Source of the DNA: Blastocystis sp. Blastoise
Taxonomy: Eukaryota > Protista > Bigyra: Opalinata
Direction of reading: 5' to 3'
Assembly (NCBI GenBank): GCA_039096225.1
Contig: JBBPEB010000013.1
Location: 62,001-126,000, forward strand
DNA length: 64,000 nt
Positions within the stretch are counted from its first letter, which is position 1. Each line of letters begins with the position of its first letter. Made by a program: the position numbers and the translations under genes. The notes under the pieces were generated by a model. It searched no databases. It had not been told where the DNA came from and saw only the letters and a program-made list of their open reading frames with translations. This document shows, in pieces, positions 1 to 18,441 of the stretch.

Positions 1-379
1 ATAAATAAATGAATATAATACTGACGTCACTAATAAATAGATTAATTATATACTGACGTCACTAATAAATAAATGAATATAATACTGACGTCACTAATAA
101 ATAGAATAATATAATACTGACGTCACTAATAAATAGATTAATTATATATTGACGTCACTAATAAATAGATTAATATAATACTGACGTCACTAATAAATAG
201 ATTAATTATATATTGACGTCACTAATAAATAGACTAATATAATACTGACGTCACTAATAAATAGATTAATTATATATTGACGTCACTAATAAATAGACTA
301 ATATAATACTGACGTCACTAATAAATAGATTAATTATATACTGACGTCACTAATAAATAGACTAATATAATACTGACAT
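1..379. repeat. 32-bp tandem repeat (minisatellite), each unit carrying the palindrome TGACGTCA; truncated at the window start
   Basis: TGACGTCA starts at 22, 54, 86, 118, 150, 182, 214, 246, 278, 310 and 342 (exact 32-bp period), with a degenerate copy at 374. Unit is approximately CTGACGTCACTAATAAATAGATTAATTATATA, with two alternating variants. Confidence 0.95.
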
Positions 380-3013
380 AGAAAAAAAATTTACAATAAT
401 TGTTGATGTTATGTATTTTTTACATATATTAATAGGTGACATCTTATGAAATAATTAATCAATACTGATTTAGTTTTATATCGTTAGGAGTGATACTTGT
501 TTAAGAATTCTTGTATTTAATGAACATTTCAAACTACTTTATAATTGACACTTACACATTTTTTCATATTAGTATTTCTTATTTCATATAATTTCTCAGT
601 TAACAAATTTTAATCATCTATTTCGATAATATTTCTTTTATATATTTTAATTATTTATTTGAACAACTTTTTGATATTTAAAACACTCAAATTATTCATT
701 ACATAAATCTATTATCTAGTTTTTATCTTTCAATATTATATTAATGAATTCAAGAATATAAAATACATAAATGTTTTGAATTATAATTTTCTGTTTTAGT
801 AAATATTTTAAAACTATTTATTTATATTAATTAGACATTTTCTCATATCATATCTAAATAATAAAAACTTCTTGAAAAGGCTTATAATCAAATAACCCAC
901 ATAACATAATCGCTCAGTATACAGTTATTAAATATCATATAGATCGATCAAATTCAAAAATAGATAAATGTGGAACTCATTCAATTAATTCATTCATTTT
1001 TAATTTAAAAAAAAGTATTTCAATTTTTATTATCGTTTTTATTATAAAGAGATTTTTCTTATATTATTTTCTCTGTCTTCTATTAAATATCATTATTATA
1101 AAAGCTTTAAATGGAAAATAAATTGGTAGGTTTTTAAAGAAGATCTTATAAATAATGTAATTCTTTTAAAATCGTTTTATATTAAATATTTACTGTTCCT
1201 ATATATGAAAAACTGCAACACTTTTTAAAATACGAAAAAAAAACAAGTTAATTCAATGTTATTTAATATAAGCCATATTATATTTTCTAAAAAAAATAAA
1301 TAAATTATTTTCATATTATCATCACTTTGTTTTTATATTAAATAAGAATTAATTTTTTATTATAAATAATATGTAAAAAACAAACTTTATTCAATATTCA
1401 TTAATAGTCTTTATTAGTAACTATTAAAGTCATACATATTTTATAGTTTCTTAAATAGATGACTATTTTAGATCAGATCCTTATCTGTTAAAACAGAAAT
1501 TAATAAAATAAACATTTAAATATCTGCTTTCTTTAAATTATCAACGCTGTTTTAAATTGGGTTTTTTTAACATTATTTAATATTTTTATTAATTGGTATT
1601 TTTTATTTAACATACTTTGGAAAGAATAATATTTCTTTACATTTAAAAAACGAAAAGAATTAAAATAATTCTTTTTTGTGAACATTTTTATATTATTTCT
1701 ATTGTTTGAAATTCTGTTCTACCCTTGATCACATATATTTCATTTATATAATCAATAATTAATACACTTCTAACCAAATATACTAATAAAGTCTTATGAT
1801 CAAAGAAAAGGTGAGCCTTTTTACAAGGATATATTATTATTTATTGACATAGATATGTCCTGATAGTTCTAAACGTTTCAAGAAGAACATGATTTTTCTT
1901 TTAATATTAACATTTCATTAAATCATTAAAAGCAGAAAAAAAGTCCTTTTTTAAAAGTCTCTTTTATATCTTTTTAGCAAAATAGATTCCATTTGTAATC
2001 ATAATTATTTATTATGAAATATCTTCAAGGTACTGTTAGCATTATTATAATAATTAGAATAACCAAAAAATCCTTGAATCAAAATAGCTAATTAATGAAG
2101 TCGTCTAAACTACTTTATCAAGTTATTTTGAATCAGTTATTTTCTTTAATCCATTCCCTATTTGTTGTGTTACTATATTTCATATTGGTATCATCAAATA
2201 GCGTCCATAAAAATTTAATTGTAAAAAATATACATACTGAAAAGATTCCAAGATATATTATTGTCTCTTTAGTGAACTCTAGATATATGTATAACATTCA
2301 TATAAAGATTATTATTAATATATACAAATTAAGAACCAAAAAAAACGAGAAATCGTATAAAACAAAAGAAACCATCGTGTTTTTACTCTTTGAATGATAT
2401 TTGACTGTATAATATTTATCAGTATGCTTTTTGTATTGTATATATTTTCTATTATTGAGTCAATATTTATTCTTTTATGAATAAACAAATCCACTTTATG
2501 AATAGTCAACTTATTATCCACTGTAATATATACCAATGCTTTGAAATAGTTTTTTGTACACCTACAATGATCCTTATTCCATAGTAGTCAACTAGATCTA
2601 TATTTAAATACTTCATAAGTTATTCAAAATACAGTTAAATGCATTCGTGCAACAAATTCTGGATCTCAAGATTATTTTAATATAGAATATTTGGTATTAC
2701 ACATAATTGTAGCAATCAACTGAATGAGATTGATCAACGAGACGGAATCAATAATAGCGCATAGCATTTAAATAAGTTTCTTAATTAAATTAATGTTTCT
2801 ACTATCATTCATAAACAATAAATTAGATAACCAAAATAAAAAAAAGAAAAACAAGAAACAACAAAAAATATTCATGGTTTTATAAAAATAATCTACTGAT
2901 TTTATTAAATAATCAGAAATCAGAATAAAGGTAAACAAGAAACAAAGAAAAACCTCTAAAATATTAATTCTATCTATAAAGACAATATCTTAACGTATTA
3001 TCTCTAGGTAGAC

Positions 3014-5964
3014 ATGTCAGATACAAGCAGCGATAGCTCATCTTCTTCATCTGATAGTGAAGAAGTTACTCAAGTTACTGTACCAAATGAAGATCAACCA
3101 AAAGTATAGTTTTTTAAGAAATTTAATTAGTGAGTATAATTCATATAGGTCGTATCTCAGAAAAGAAAGATAGATTCTTCTGATAATGAAGATAGTTCTG
3201 ATGGTGAAAAGAATTATGTTGCTCAAAAGAAAAAGGTCGAATCAGAAAGTAGCTCATCTGATAGTTCTAGTGAAAGTTCATCAACTTCATCAGAATCTAG
3301 TTCTGATTCTTCTGAAAGTGAAAGTGATTCTTCTGAAAGTGAATCTAGTTCTTCTGAAAGTTCGTCAAGTTCATCAGAGTCTAGTTCTGATTCTTCTGAG
3401 AGTGAAAGTGATTCTTCTGAAAATGAAGAAAAGACAAAAATGGAAATTGAACCTGAAAAGAAATCTGAATCAGAGTCTAGTTCTAGTTCTTCTGATGATG
3501 ATAATAATAATAATAATAATGATGAGAGTAGTTCTTCTGAAAGTGAATCTGAGAAAGAAGAAGAAAAGAAAGATACTGTATCTAGTTCTGATTCTTCAAG
3601 TTCTAGTTCTGATTCTTCAAGTTCCGAAAGTGAATCTGATAAAGAAGAAGAAGAAAAGAAAGAGACATCTTCATCTTCATCATCTTCATCTTCTGAAAGT
3701 GAATCTGAAAGTGAATCTGATAAAGAAGAAGAAGAAAAGAAAGAGGATACAAAACAAGTCGAAAAAGAAACCAAGTCTTCATCTTCTGATAGTTCATCAT
3801 CTGATAGTTCATCATCTGATAGTGAATCTGAAAGTGAAAAAGATGAAGATAATAAAGAAACTACAATGGAAATTGAAAAGGAAACAAAATCGTCTTCTGA
3901 AAGTTCATCATCTTCTGAAAGTTCTTCTTCTGAAAATGAAAGTGAGAATGAGTCAAGTAAAAAAGAAGAAGAAAAAAAGAAAGAGAGTTCATCATCATCT
4001 GAATCATCTTCATCTTCTTCTTCTGAAAGCTCTAGTTCTGAAAGCTCTAGCTCTGAAAGCTCTAGCTCTAGCTCTGAAAGTTCTACTTCTAGTTCTGAAA
4101 GCTCTAGCTCTAGTTCTAGTTCTGAAAGTGAGAGTGAGAGTGAAGAAGATAATGAAAAACAAGAAGAAGAAGAAAAGAAAGAAGCTACTATGGAAATTGA
4201 AAAAGAAACAAAATCATCTTCTGAAACTTCCTCCGATAGTTCTAATAGTTCTAGCAGTGAATCTGAAAGTGAATCATCCTCATCATCTTCTTCTTCTGAA
4301 TCATCAAGTGAATCATCATCTGATAGTGATGATAATGAAGAAGAAAATAAAGAAACTACTATGGAAATTGAACAAGAATCATCCTCATCTTCTGAATCAT
4401 CTTCATCTTCTGAATCATCTGAATCATCAGAGAATACTAGTTCTGATTCAGAATCTACTTCTTCTTCTACTTCTGAAAGTGAAGAAGAAAGTGAAAAGGA
4501 GAAAGAGGAAAAGAAAGAAGAATCTTCTTCATCTTCATCATCCTCTTCTAGTTCTGAAAGTGAATCTCAAAGTGATAATGATAAAGAAGAAACTAAAATG
4601 GAAATAGAAGAAGACAAAAAAGAAGCATCTGAAAGTTCTGAAAGTGAATCTACTTCATCTTCGTCATCTTCATCTTCATCTTCATCTTCTTCATCTTCTG
4701 AAAGTGATAGTGATGATAATAATAATGATGAAAAGAATAAAATAGAATCTTCTGAAGATAAAATGGAAATAGAAGAAGAATCAAATAATAAGACTACTTC
4801 ATCTTCATCTTCATCTTCTGAAAGTTCTGAAAGTTCTGAAAGTTCTGAAAGTGAATCTACTTCTAGTTCTACTTCTAGTTCTACTTCTACTTCTACTTCT
4901 AGTAGTGAAAGTGAATCTACTTCATCATCTACTTCATCATCTACTTCATCCTCATCTTCATCATCTTCTTCATCTTCTGAAAGTGATAGTGATAATGATA
5001 ATAATGATGATAAGAATAAAATAGAATCTTCTGAAGATAAAATGGAAATAGAAGAAGAATCAAATAATAAGACTACTTCATCTTCATCTTCATCTTCTTC
5101 TGAAAGTTCTGAAAGTGAATCTAGTTCTACTTCTACTTCTACTTCTAGTAGTGAAAGTGAATCTACTTCATCTTCTACTTCATCTTCTACTTCATCTTCT
5201 ACTTCATCTTCTACTTCATCTTCATCTTCTACTTCATCTTCTGAAAGTGAGAGTGAAAGTGAATCTAGTTCTACTTCATCTTCTACTTCTACTTCATCTA
5301 GTTCATCATCATCTGATAGTGAAAGTGAATCATCTTCCTCTTCTTCCTCTTCTGATAGTGAAAGTGAAAGTGAATCATCTTCCTCTTCATCATCATCCTC
5401 TTCCTCATCTGATAGTGAAAGTGAATCATCATCCTCTTCCTCTTCATCATCATCCTCTTCCTCTTCATCCTCTTCCTCTTCATCCTCTTCCTCTGAGAGT
5501 GAATCAGAAGTTGAAAGTGATGATGAAAAAGATGATAAAGAAGATCATTTAGAAGAAAAACAAGATAATAATAATAAGAAGGAACAAGTCTTCTTAGATC
5601 CTAATCCTACTATGAATACACCTTCACTTCCTTTTAGACCCTCTAATCCTAAAGAGAAGATTCCCTTCAGTCGTATTACGGATGACGCACTCTTAGAATA
5701 TACTGCTAAACATAAAGAACTTGCTGATAATTCTTGTATATAGATATATATATATATATATATAGATCTATATATATCATTTATGTTCTCTAAAATGATA
5801 TAATAATAATTATATATATATATATATAGATGAAGCTACTTTTGGTAATGATGGTTATGGTAGTAAAGCTCAACAAATCCTGAAACAAGTACGTGGAAGA
5901 GATTTCCGTCATGAGAAAACAAAGAAGAAGCGAGGGAACTATTCTGGAGGTATATATATATATA

Positions 5965-6004
<40 letters not shown>

Positions 6005-6050
6005 TATAGGTAGAATTACTTTTGAAACCAAGTCCGTTAAATTTGAATAA
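3014..6050 (+). CDS. SRP40: SRP40/Nopp140 (NOLC1)-like nucleolar Ser/Glu-rich phosphoprotein, 3 introns
   Basis: ATG 3014 (MSDTSSDSS), intron 3104-3148, then a long Ser/Glu/Asp-rich exon. The spliced C-terminus PFSRI...[56 protein letters not shown] is the SRP40_C domain. TAA 6048-6050. Confidence 0.9.
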
Positions 6051-6490
6051 AGGTTATAATACTATTTATGACTATTTATGAACTGTCTATTCTTATATTT
6101 AAACATTATTTGTTTCTATTTATTATATATATATATATTTTATTCAAACCTTACTATCTACTATTCTTCTATGTTTTTTAATCAAATTTCGTCTTTTAAT
6201 TCTATATTATGTATTTATATTCTTTAATTACATTTTATATCATTGAGAGATCGTTTTTTTGTCATTAATTTTTTTATATACTTGTTTTTAAATGTTGATT
6301 GTTTTGTTATTAAATATATTATTTTTATCATTAGTAGTTTATTTAGAAATAACTTGAATAGAACAACCTAAGGATTAAGCATCTACATATTAGTGTATAT
6401 CAATAATATTTATATTTATAGCAACTTAGACAATCAATAAAAATAATATAAATAATAATCATCATATGATTAATCAATAAATATAGAGAA

Positions 6491-10402
<3,912 letters not shown>

Positions 10403-11988
10403 GACAAACAGTGAATATAGAAAAAAAAAGTAAAGTCACTAGAGTTTTCCAAGAAGAAATCTTGTTTTTATAGTGATTCTATCCTTTTTCCCAGGAGTAG
10501 CATTTAAAGAAGAATATCTTCATGAATTAGGATATATTAAACAGTGAATATAGTGTAAAATACTCAGAAAATGAATTCTTTGAATAGTACTCTATTCTTT
10601 GAAAAACAAAATAAAAATAATTCATTTTCAAATTATAAAATACTTTAGTTTTTCATAAAAATACTACAGTGACTAGATCAAATGTTTCTCTACATGAACA
10701 ACGTTGAGAAAATAAAAAATATGAATGTGACTATTTTTATCAAAGAATCCAAACTTTTTTATAAATTTTCTATATAAATTCTATTCTTCATCCATTACTC
10801 CAAATCATTATCATCAATTGTTTTTAAAATAATATTTAGTATCCCTATCTGTCATTAAATACATTAGATCTAGTTGAATTGGCGTTCTTAGCTTTTAATT
10901 GGACTTTCGAGTAAGATCAATCAACTTGAATACTCATGTTTCGATTTATAAGGTATGAAAACATAATAAGTAAGGTCTATTAAACATGATTTATATGCTA
11001 TTATGGTATATTAACGACTGTTTTATATAGAGACATTTTTATATTTATAGTTGGACATTAATATAGAGTATGTAAATGAATGAAATATTGTGGAAATAGT
11101 GTAATGTATAATATTGTTTCTTTTACATATAATTGATTTCTTCATTAGATATTTGATTAAATTATTCTTTATATAAATACGTTAATAATGCAATTCAAAT
11201 ATTTTCAAGCCATTTTTGATTGCATAAATCGTTAAATACAGCTATATTCTTTTGGAATTCATGGATTTCCAAAGAATATTCTTTTCTTTCTTCATTCATT
11301 CACTGATTCAATATATGAAGAATAATATTAAAATGATATTTCATTCATTTCAATTCATAAAAATTTCAATTTACGTATAAAAATGTGAAAGCATTATACT
11401 ATAAAGTCTCTTAGTCTCAAACCTATTCCAAATGATGTATAAAGGATAGGATAGTTAAAAAAGCATGAAAAAGATAAAAATTATTAAAAATAGAGTTCCA
11501 TTACACAAAAATTTTTTAATTACATCCAAAATATGTTTCAAATTTCTATAATCTATATATATATGAATATTAAGGTGTTGCAAACGATTGTTCTTTATGA
11601 ATATATAAAAATATGCTTGAGTTTCTTGATAGTAATGAAAGTAAAGACAAATAAACAAGATGAAATAATATTAAATCACTTAAATAACACACAAAAAACA
11701 TAACTTATTATTTGTAAAACTATACAAAACATAAAATATAATAAAATAATAGGAAGCACAATCAGAAATATACTAAAATATAAAAAAATAAATAACTATA
11801 AAAAAGTAATGTGAAACAAAAAGAATTATGTAAAAAAAAAAACATTCTTCTAAAAATTAAAAAAGTTAAAATAATAAAAATAAAAAAGATGAAAAAGAAT
11901 ATATGTTTTTTTTATAATATACAAAAAGCCAAAATTTATATATATATATTAAATATATCTTTATAAAAATGTTAAAAAAAAAAAGACT

Positions 11989-14900
11989 TTATAATTGACT
12001 GATCATCATCATATATTCTCTAAAACTCATGATTTCACTTCGCATTAATTTATGCAACACGTGTTTCTGTTGTTCTTTTGATAATTGTTCAAAAACAGAG
12101 TTATTTTCAAGTAATAACTCCGGATTATCTTGATGACTTGGAATTAAGTAACATAATAAATACTTTGATTCTGAACTACCTTCTTCAACTATATGTAAAT
12201 AAGGAGTAGGAATACGTGTATGAACAAGAAATAAACAGTAATTATAAAGATTAATATATTCTGCATTCTGTTTGAGACTAGGTATTCTATCTTTTCCAAC
12301 CCAAATAAATAAATCTTTAAATGTATCAAGAAATAACAGTCGATCTGAAATTAAATAAATAGTTTCAGGAGATACTTGAGTCATACTTGATGGAAGATGA
12401 GGAATAGAAATCTCTGAATTATTGGGAAATGGAAGGATGGCACAATCATCGTCATTGAGTTCAGTTTGCTGAGGAGATATATCATTGGTATGTACACGTG
12501 AGCTAGTCACGTGACTATCTGTATCTATGATTTCTGACTGTATAGAGAATTGTTTTGATGAATATATATTCTTAGTTATAGAAGAAGAATCAGAAGTAAT
12601 AGACAAGGAAGGATCACTATGATAAAGCATTGAAGATGAAGTAGAAGAATTCATATCTGTAGATTCTTCATTCGAATGTACGGATAACACAATACTGGAA
12701 GTAGAATCATTCGAAGAACTCTTATATTGATTCTTGTAATTCATTATAGTAGATTGATCCATAAGACTGATGTCATTATTGGTAGGGGAGAAAATAGTTG
12801 GTAGGATGGAAGGATAATAATTTGAATTTATTATACATTTAGAAGTATCTTTTTGTAGAGAAGATACTTCAGAAGAATTAATATCTTCAGAATTATGATT
12901 AATTAAAACATATCCTAAAGAATCTGCTAAGAGATGTTGAGAAGATCCAGGAGATCGTAATCGAAGATTCGAATTTTCCCGTGTTAATGATGGATATAAA
13001 GCTTTTCCTTGTGATATATCTGATGTATCGATTTGTGAATAATTTAAAGATGTTGCAGTATATTGAGGACCTACATGATTTGTAGGAGTAAATCTATTTG
13101 AAATAGAAGCATTAATAGTATTAGAATTAGTAGTAGAATTAAAAGTATTAGAATTAGTAGAATTAGTAGTAGAATTAAAAATATTAGAATTAATATTATT
13201 AGAATTAGTAGTAGAATTAAAGTTATTAGAATCAATTTTATTAGAATTAGTAGTAGAAATAAAAGTATTAATATTAGTAGACTTAATATTATTAGAATTA
13301 AAATTATTATAATTAATATTATTAGAATTCGAAGTATAATGTGTAGGATCTGATGTCGTAGAAGCAGTTTGTTTATGATGAGGAATAGATGAAGAAGATA
13401 AGTTAATAATATCTATATCTGAAACTGTATGAATAGATGAATAAGATTGTAAAGGAGGAGAAGAAGAAAGAGATTGTTTTTGTGTATAATGTTTGGAAAT
13501 AGATGATATCGATGCTTTTCGAATAGGAATAGAGAGAGATTGTTTAGTATCACTACTACGACAATGTATTAAAGTAGAAGATGAAGACGAATCAGTATTA
13601 TCATTTGTGTCAAATTCACTCATTGAGGGAAAGGAGGAAGAATGCTCATATAGAGATGAAGAAGAGATAACAAAAGGATATTTAGATATATATAATTTAG
13701 GAAGTAAAACAAGTAATGAATTTGTAAAGGATAAATTGATATATTGATATCTATATATAGTTTGTTCTTCATAAGAATGATTCCAAGAGGCAAGTAATGG
13801 ACCATGTTGAAAGGAATAAAGATATAAAGGCAGATGTCGTATATATATAGGAAGAGAAGGAGATATAGATATAGAAGAAGATGTAAGAGTAGTAGGAGGA
13901 GGAAAAGAAGATGTTATTGTATCATTAGTTATAGAAATATTATTATGTAAATTGTTATTTGAAGACGACAATGTTTTGGAAATAGTATTATTGGAATTAT
14001 TATTTGTCATGTTTCCTATTTGATTATGAGTTCCAGTATATGAATAATTATTTTGTATATTTGTTTTGAGTTGAGGTGGAAGTGGAGGGGGAGATTGTAC
14101 TATAGATTGAGACACAGGAGGAGGAGGAGGAGGAATAGAAGATATACTATTATTTGTAAATAAATTATTATTTGTAGATAAATTATTATTTGTAGATAAA
14201 TTATTATTTGTAGATAAATTATTATTTGTAAATAAATTATTATTTGTAGATAAATTATTATGTATATTAGAAGAAAAGTTGGTAGGTGATGATTTTGGAT
14301 TGAGAATATGAAAAGATCGAAAGAGATTATGTATAGAGAATCCAGAAAAAAAAGAAGGTGAATTATATGAAGAAGAAGAAGAAGAAAAGGATGAAGAAAA
14401 AGGTTTTTTATAGAGATGAAGGAGTGTAGATAGAAGATGATTTAATGTATATATGATTTGTAATATATTTGAGGAATGAGTCTATATATATATATACATA
14501 TTAAATGAGAAATTATTATATTTACAAGACATTATAAAAAATAATTAAAAATATACTTAAAAAAAATAAAATAGAATAACAAATATACTTTAGAAATAAG
14601 GTCTTTAACAATAAGAATAAGAATAACATTAGCATTAATAGATTTATAATATAGAGAAGACTCTATAGAGAAAATCGATTGCATTTGAGATTCTAAATCT
14701 GAAGTTGGTGTTTCAACCTGTTTCAACAGTTGACTTAATAATACTGAATTTGAGATATGTTCATCTTGTGGAATATTTGGAGTTAATTGTGTTTGTCGGA
14801 GTAGAAAGGCGGGCTGAATTACCGGGAGAGATAGTCGAGAAACATGAATGGATGGAGATTTATGAAGATTTGAATATGTATATACCTGACATTGAATCTA

Positions 14901-15066
14901 AAAAACATTTATTTATATATAGAGTTTTAATAAATAAGAAATGTTAAAGAATATATATATACAGAAATTGATTGTTTTATTTCCTTGGGACATAAGGATA
15001 GATATATAGAGAGGAGAAGATCTGGAAGTGTTCGTGAAATAGATAAAGAAGTTGAATATTCTATAT

Positions 15067-15103
<37 letters not shown>

Positions 15104-17179
15104 TATAATAAATACTGTTAATAGATTCTCTATGAATATCATGTGATACAATTCGTTGTAATTGAACTCCAGAAGAAACAAAGATATCCACACGTGACTG
15201 AGGAAGGAATGCACGTGAAAGACATGTGCGTATATTTTGAATAAGATCCATTCTCCAGTCATGTAACAATATAATGTCTCCACCCAAATTATATATCATA
15301 TTCTATATATATAAACAATTGAAGAATATATATATTTATATCTATACCTTAAGTGTTTTTACTCCAATTGGATATACAGAATATGATAATATATCTATAG
15401 ATACATTTAATTTTGATGCATCTTTAGATATCTCCTCATAATACTGATAAGAATCATCCATTGTCTATATAGAATATATAGTGAATATATATTATATATA
15501 GAGAATATATATAGAATATATAAAATATATATATAATATATATATATATTATATATATATAATATATATAGAATATAGAATATATATATACTTCATAATT
15601 ATTATTAGTAGCCCTTCCAGGCCCCAGTGTGCATTCTCCCTGAGTTAATACAAATAAATGACCTTGGGAACATCCAGCCACTTTCAGCAACTCTAAGCCA
15701 TATCTCAGAGCAACACCTTGGCATCTTAATGCCTCAGCAGGAGATCTACATATATAAAAATATAAAAATATATATAAAAATATATACAAAAAGATATAAA
15801 ATATATAAAACATATAAATATATATAAAAATATATAAATAAACAATAACATACATAAATATAAAATAAAACTTGAATAATAATAAAAAAAATACTAATAA
15901 ATAAAAAGATTTATATACTGATTCAGTTTATGTTCTCGATTATTTTTAGATGCTAATGTTTCTAAGATATATAATAATGGCCCCAATCCCTTCTGTAATG
16001 GCGGGATATAAGAGATATACGTTTCTTGAGGGTCTTTCTCATGAAACAATATTCTTGAAAGAGTCTATAAATAATATATGCATATATATAGACTATAATA
16101 CAATACTAATAACAATAGAATATCATAATATAGTATGAATATAAAGAATAGTATATACTTGATCTGAAGGGAGTTCTTCTCCTTTAAATACATCAGCACT
16201 ACATATAATATTACTTCCTAATTCATATATTTCTATTGATTGACCAAAACACACGAGTCCCACGGTTATTGAATTGTCCAAAGAGGACATGACAGTCTTC
16301 ATAGAATTACGAATTGAAAGGAGAGATTGAGGAGATAAGGTAGAATCTATAAGAAATACTATTCCTCTTGAATCAATCTTTGAAGGAATACAATGATTAT
16401 CTATATATACAACATATTAATATAATGATACATATTTAAAAAGAAATAGCAAATAAATATATATATAACATATTAATCTATAATGATTAATATTTAAAAA
16501 GAGAAAGAAATAGCAAATAAAATATATATATACAACAAATAATATAATAAAATAAAAATAAAATAAAATAAATAAAACAAAAAACAACAACACCTAATAA
16601 ACAACGATTTATAAACAAAAGAATACCTAATTCATTATATAAATAAAAATCTTCTTTAGAAATATGTGTATAATAAGGTTCTAGTTCTTCTTGACATGTA
16701 ACACTAAGTAACCGAGTTTCATAACTAGTTGAAGAAACTAATGGATTCGGTAACGATTGAAAGAAATCGTTATCCTGAATAGTATTCAATGCACCACATA
16801 TAGTACATCGATAAGAATTACTCTCATCAGAAGGTAATGATGATTTGGATGGTATAGCACCACAATGATCACAATAAACGACATTCTTCCTTAATAATGC
16901 ACTATTTCTATCAATTTCCATAAAAGGTTGAATCAAACAACCAAGTGGATATGGTGATTGGCTGAGAATCTCTGGATGAACAGTAATTAAATTGAAAGAT
17001 GGAGTGATCATGAAGGTTAATTCTGAACTCTTTTCAGCATTGAGAATTTCTGATGATATTGTTGTATTTAATATAGTATCCGTATCATTCTGAGATAAAG
17101 TGGGAGTTGATGAAAACGTATTCACATTCAATTTTTGTTCCTCACAGAAATATGGATTCGCTTCCTTATCGTCATCCAT
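11989..17179 (-). CDS. Divergent Sec23-like COPII coat protein with a large low-complexity insertion
   Basis: PLGCLIQPF followed by Zn finger CDHCGA...YRCTICG; vWA trunk IVFLIDST...VGLVCFG and LRCQGVALR...TQGECTLGPG; C-terminal gelsolin-like LFLDTFKDLFIWVG...EEGSSESKYLLCYLIPSH...SFREYM. All introns are GT-AG and in phase. Confidence 0.8.
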
Positions 17180-18441
17180 TTTCCTATGGAGAACTATAGA
17201 AAAATAACTATTCTTAAAGATAAAAAGCACCAAAAAGTGTCATTTAAATTTTTGTACTCGTTTTCCTCAATTTCTCTCAGGAATTTGTCTGTAATCGAAA
17301 AAAAAGGAATGCTTCTTATTCTCTTCGTATACTCATCTGCTTATCGTTATATAATTGATTTCAAATAACTTAGGATGGTGATATTCAAGTAATTCACAAA
17401 TTCAAACAATTGTTAATAAGTATCATAGTATTTTTTTTAATTGAATGCGTTATACTTATTAATTAATGCTGCTAATAATTGGAACAACGAATATTCACAT
17501 ATTGTGTATATTATATACGCAATTTGAAATCATGTTGGTAAATCATTTCATCAAATTCTCTTTAATTTATTGATTAGAATAAAATAAATATGTTGAAAAT
17601 GATTCATATTTTGAAATTAATTAAACAAAGAGCATGTATTGTAAAATATTAACCATTTTAACAGTGTCATAATTCTTTATTAAGATAAATAAACAATATT
17701 TTGCAAGAATAATGATAAGTAGATATTCAGAAAGAAAATCTATACTTTTAAAGACTTTATATTCATTTAAAATTTGGACTTTGGTAAAAATGTATGAAAT
17801 TCATTTATTATTTTGTTTTATTACTCTTCTTCCAATAGAATCCTAGTGATCAATAAACTCAAAATACATTTGAATAACATTAAAAAGGATTTTTTTAAAT
17901 AAAATTCAATCACTAACAGTGATTATATTCATATATGTCAATAAAATAGAATATTTAGAGATATATAAATTCATCTAAGAATAAATTAGTTCATCTTCAA
18001 CAGAATAGAGTTACATTCCTTTATAAGAGTCAATAGATTTCAGTATAAATAGCATATATATGACTCTCTAGACTTTTAGCCCCATTTTAAATATACTAAT
18101 TTTCATTTCATCCACAATATTTCATTTCATTTTGATCAATGTTGTGTTTCCAGTATTTAAGTGATTCAGTCGCTTGTATGTTCCTAGAGTCATTATATTC
18201 AATAATCATATTTATCATATTATATTTGATGATAGAAATAAATGATTTCGGAATACAATCAACATGTTAGCAAAATGATAAAAATATTATTCCCAAGAAA
18301 ATGAAATGCAATCACTAGTGGAAACAGGCAATGGAGTCAAATAAAACCATAAATATATGATTGGTAACAAAAAATGAGAATAAAAACGGTTCTTTTCATT
18401 ATTTTGGAATAAGAGTATTTTTCTTTCTTTTCTGCTTACAA

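Noticed and set aside
1-379. CRISPR-like array (palindromic repeat at regular spacing)
   Set aside because: The intervening sequences are near-identical rather than unique spacers, the context is eukaryotic, and there are no cas genes.
2095-2536. ORFs 2095-2397 (+) and 2315-2536 (-)
   Set aside because: No recognisable motifs and AT-driven I/K/N/Y composition; probably intergenic, though a decayed gene cannot be excluded.
3186-5552. Long overlapping ORFs (3186-4607 +, 3223-3774 -, 5115-5552 +)
   Set aside because: Shadow frames of the low-complexity Ser/Glu SRP40 exon.
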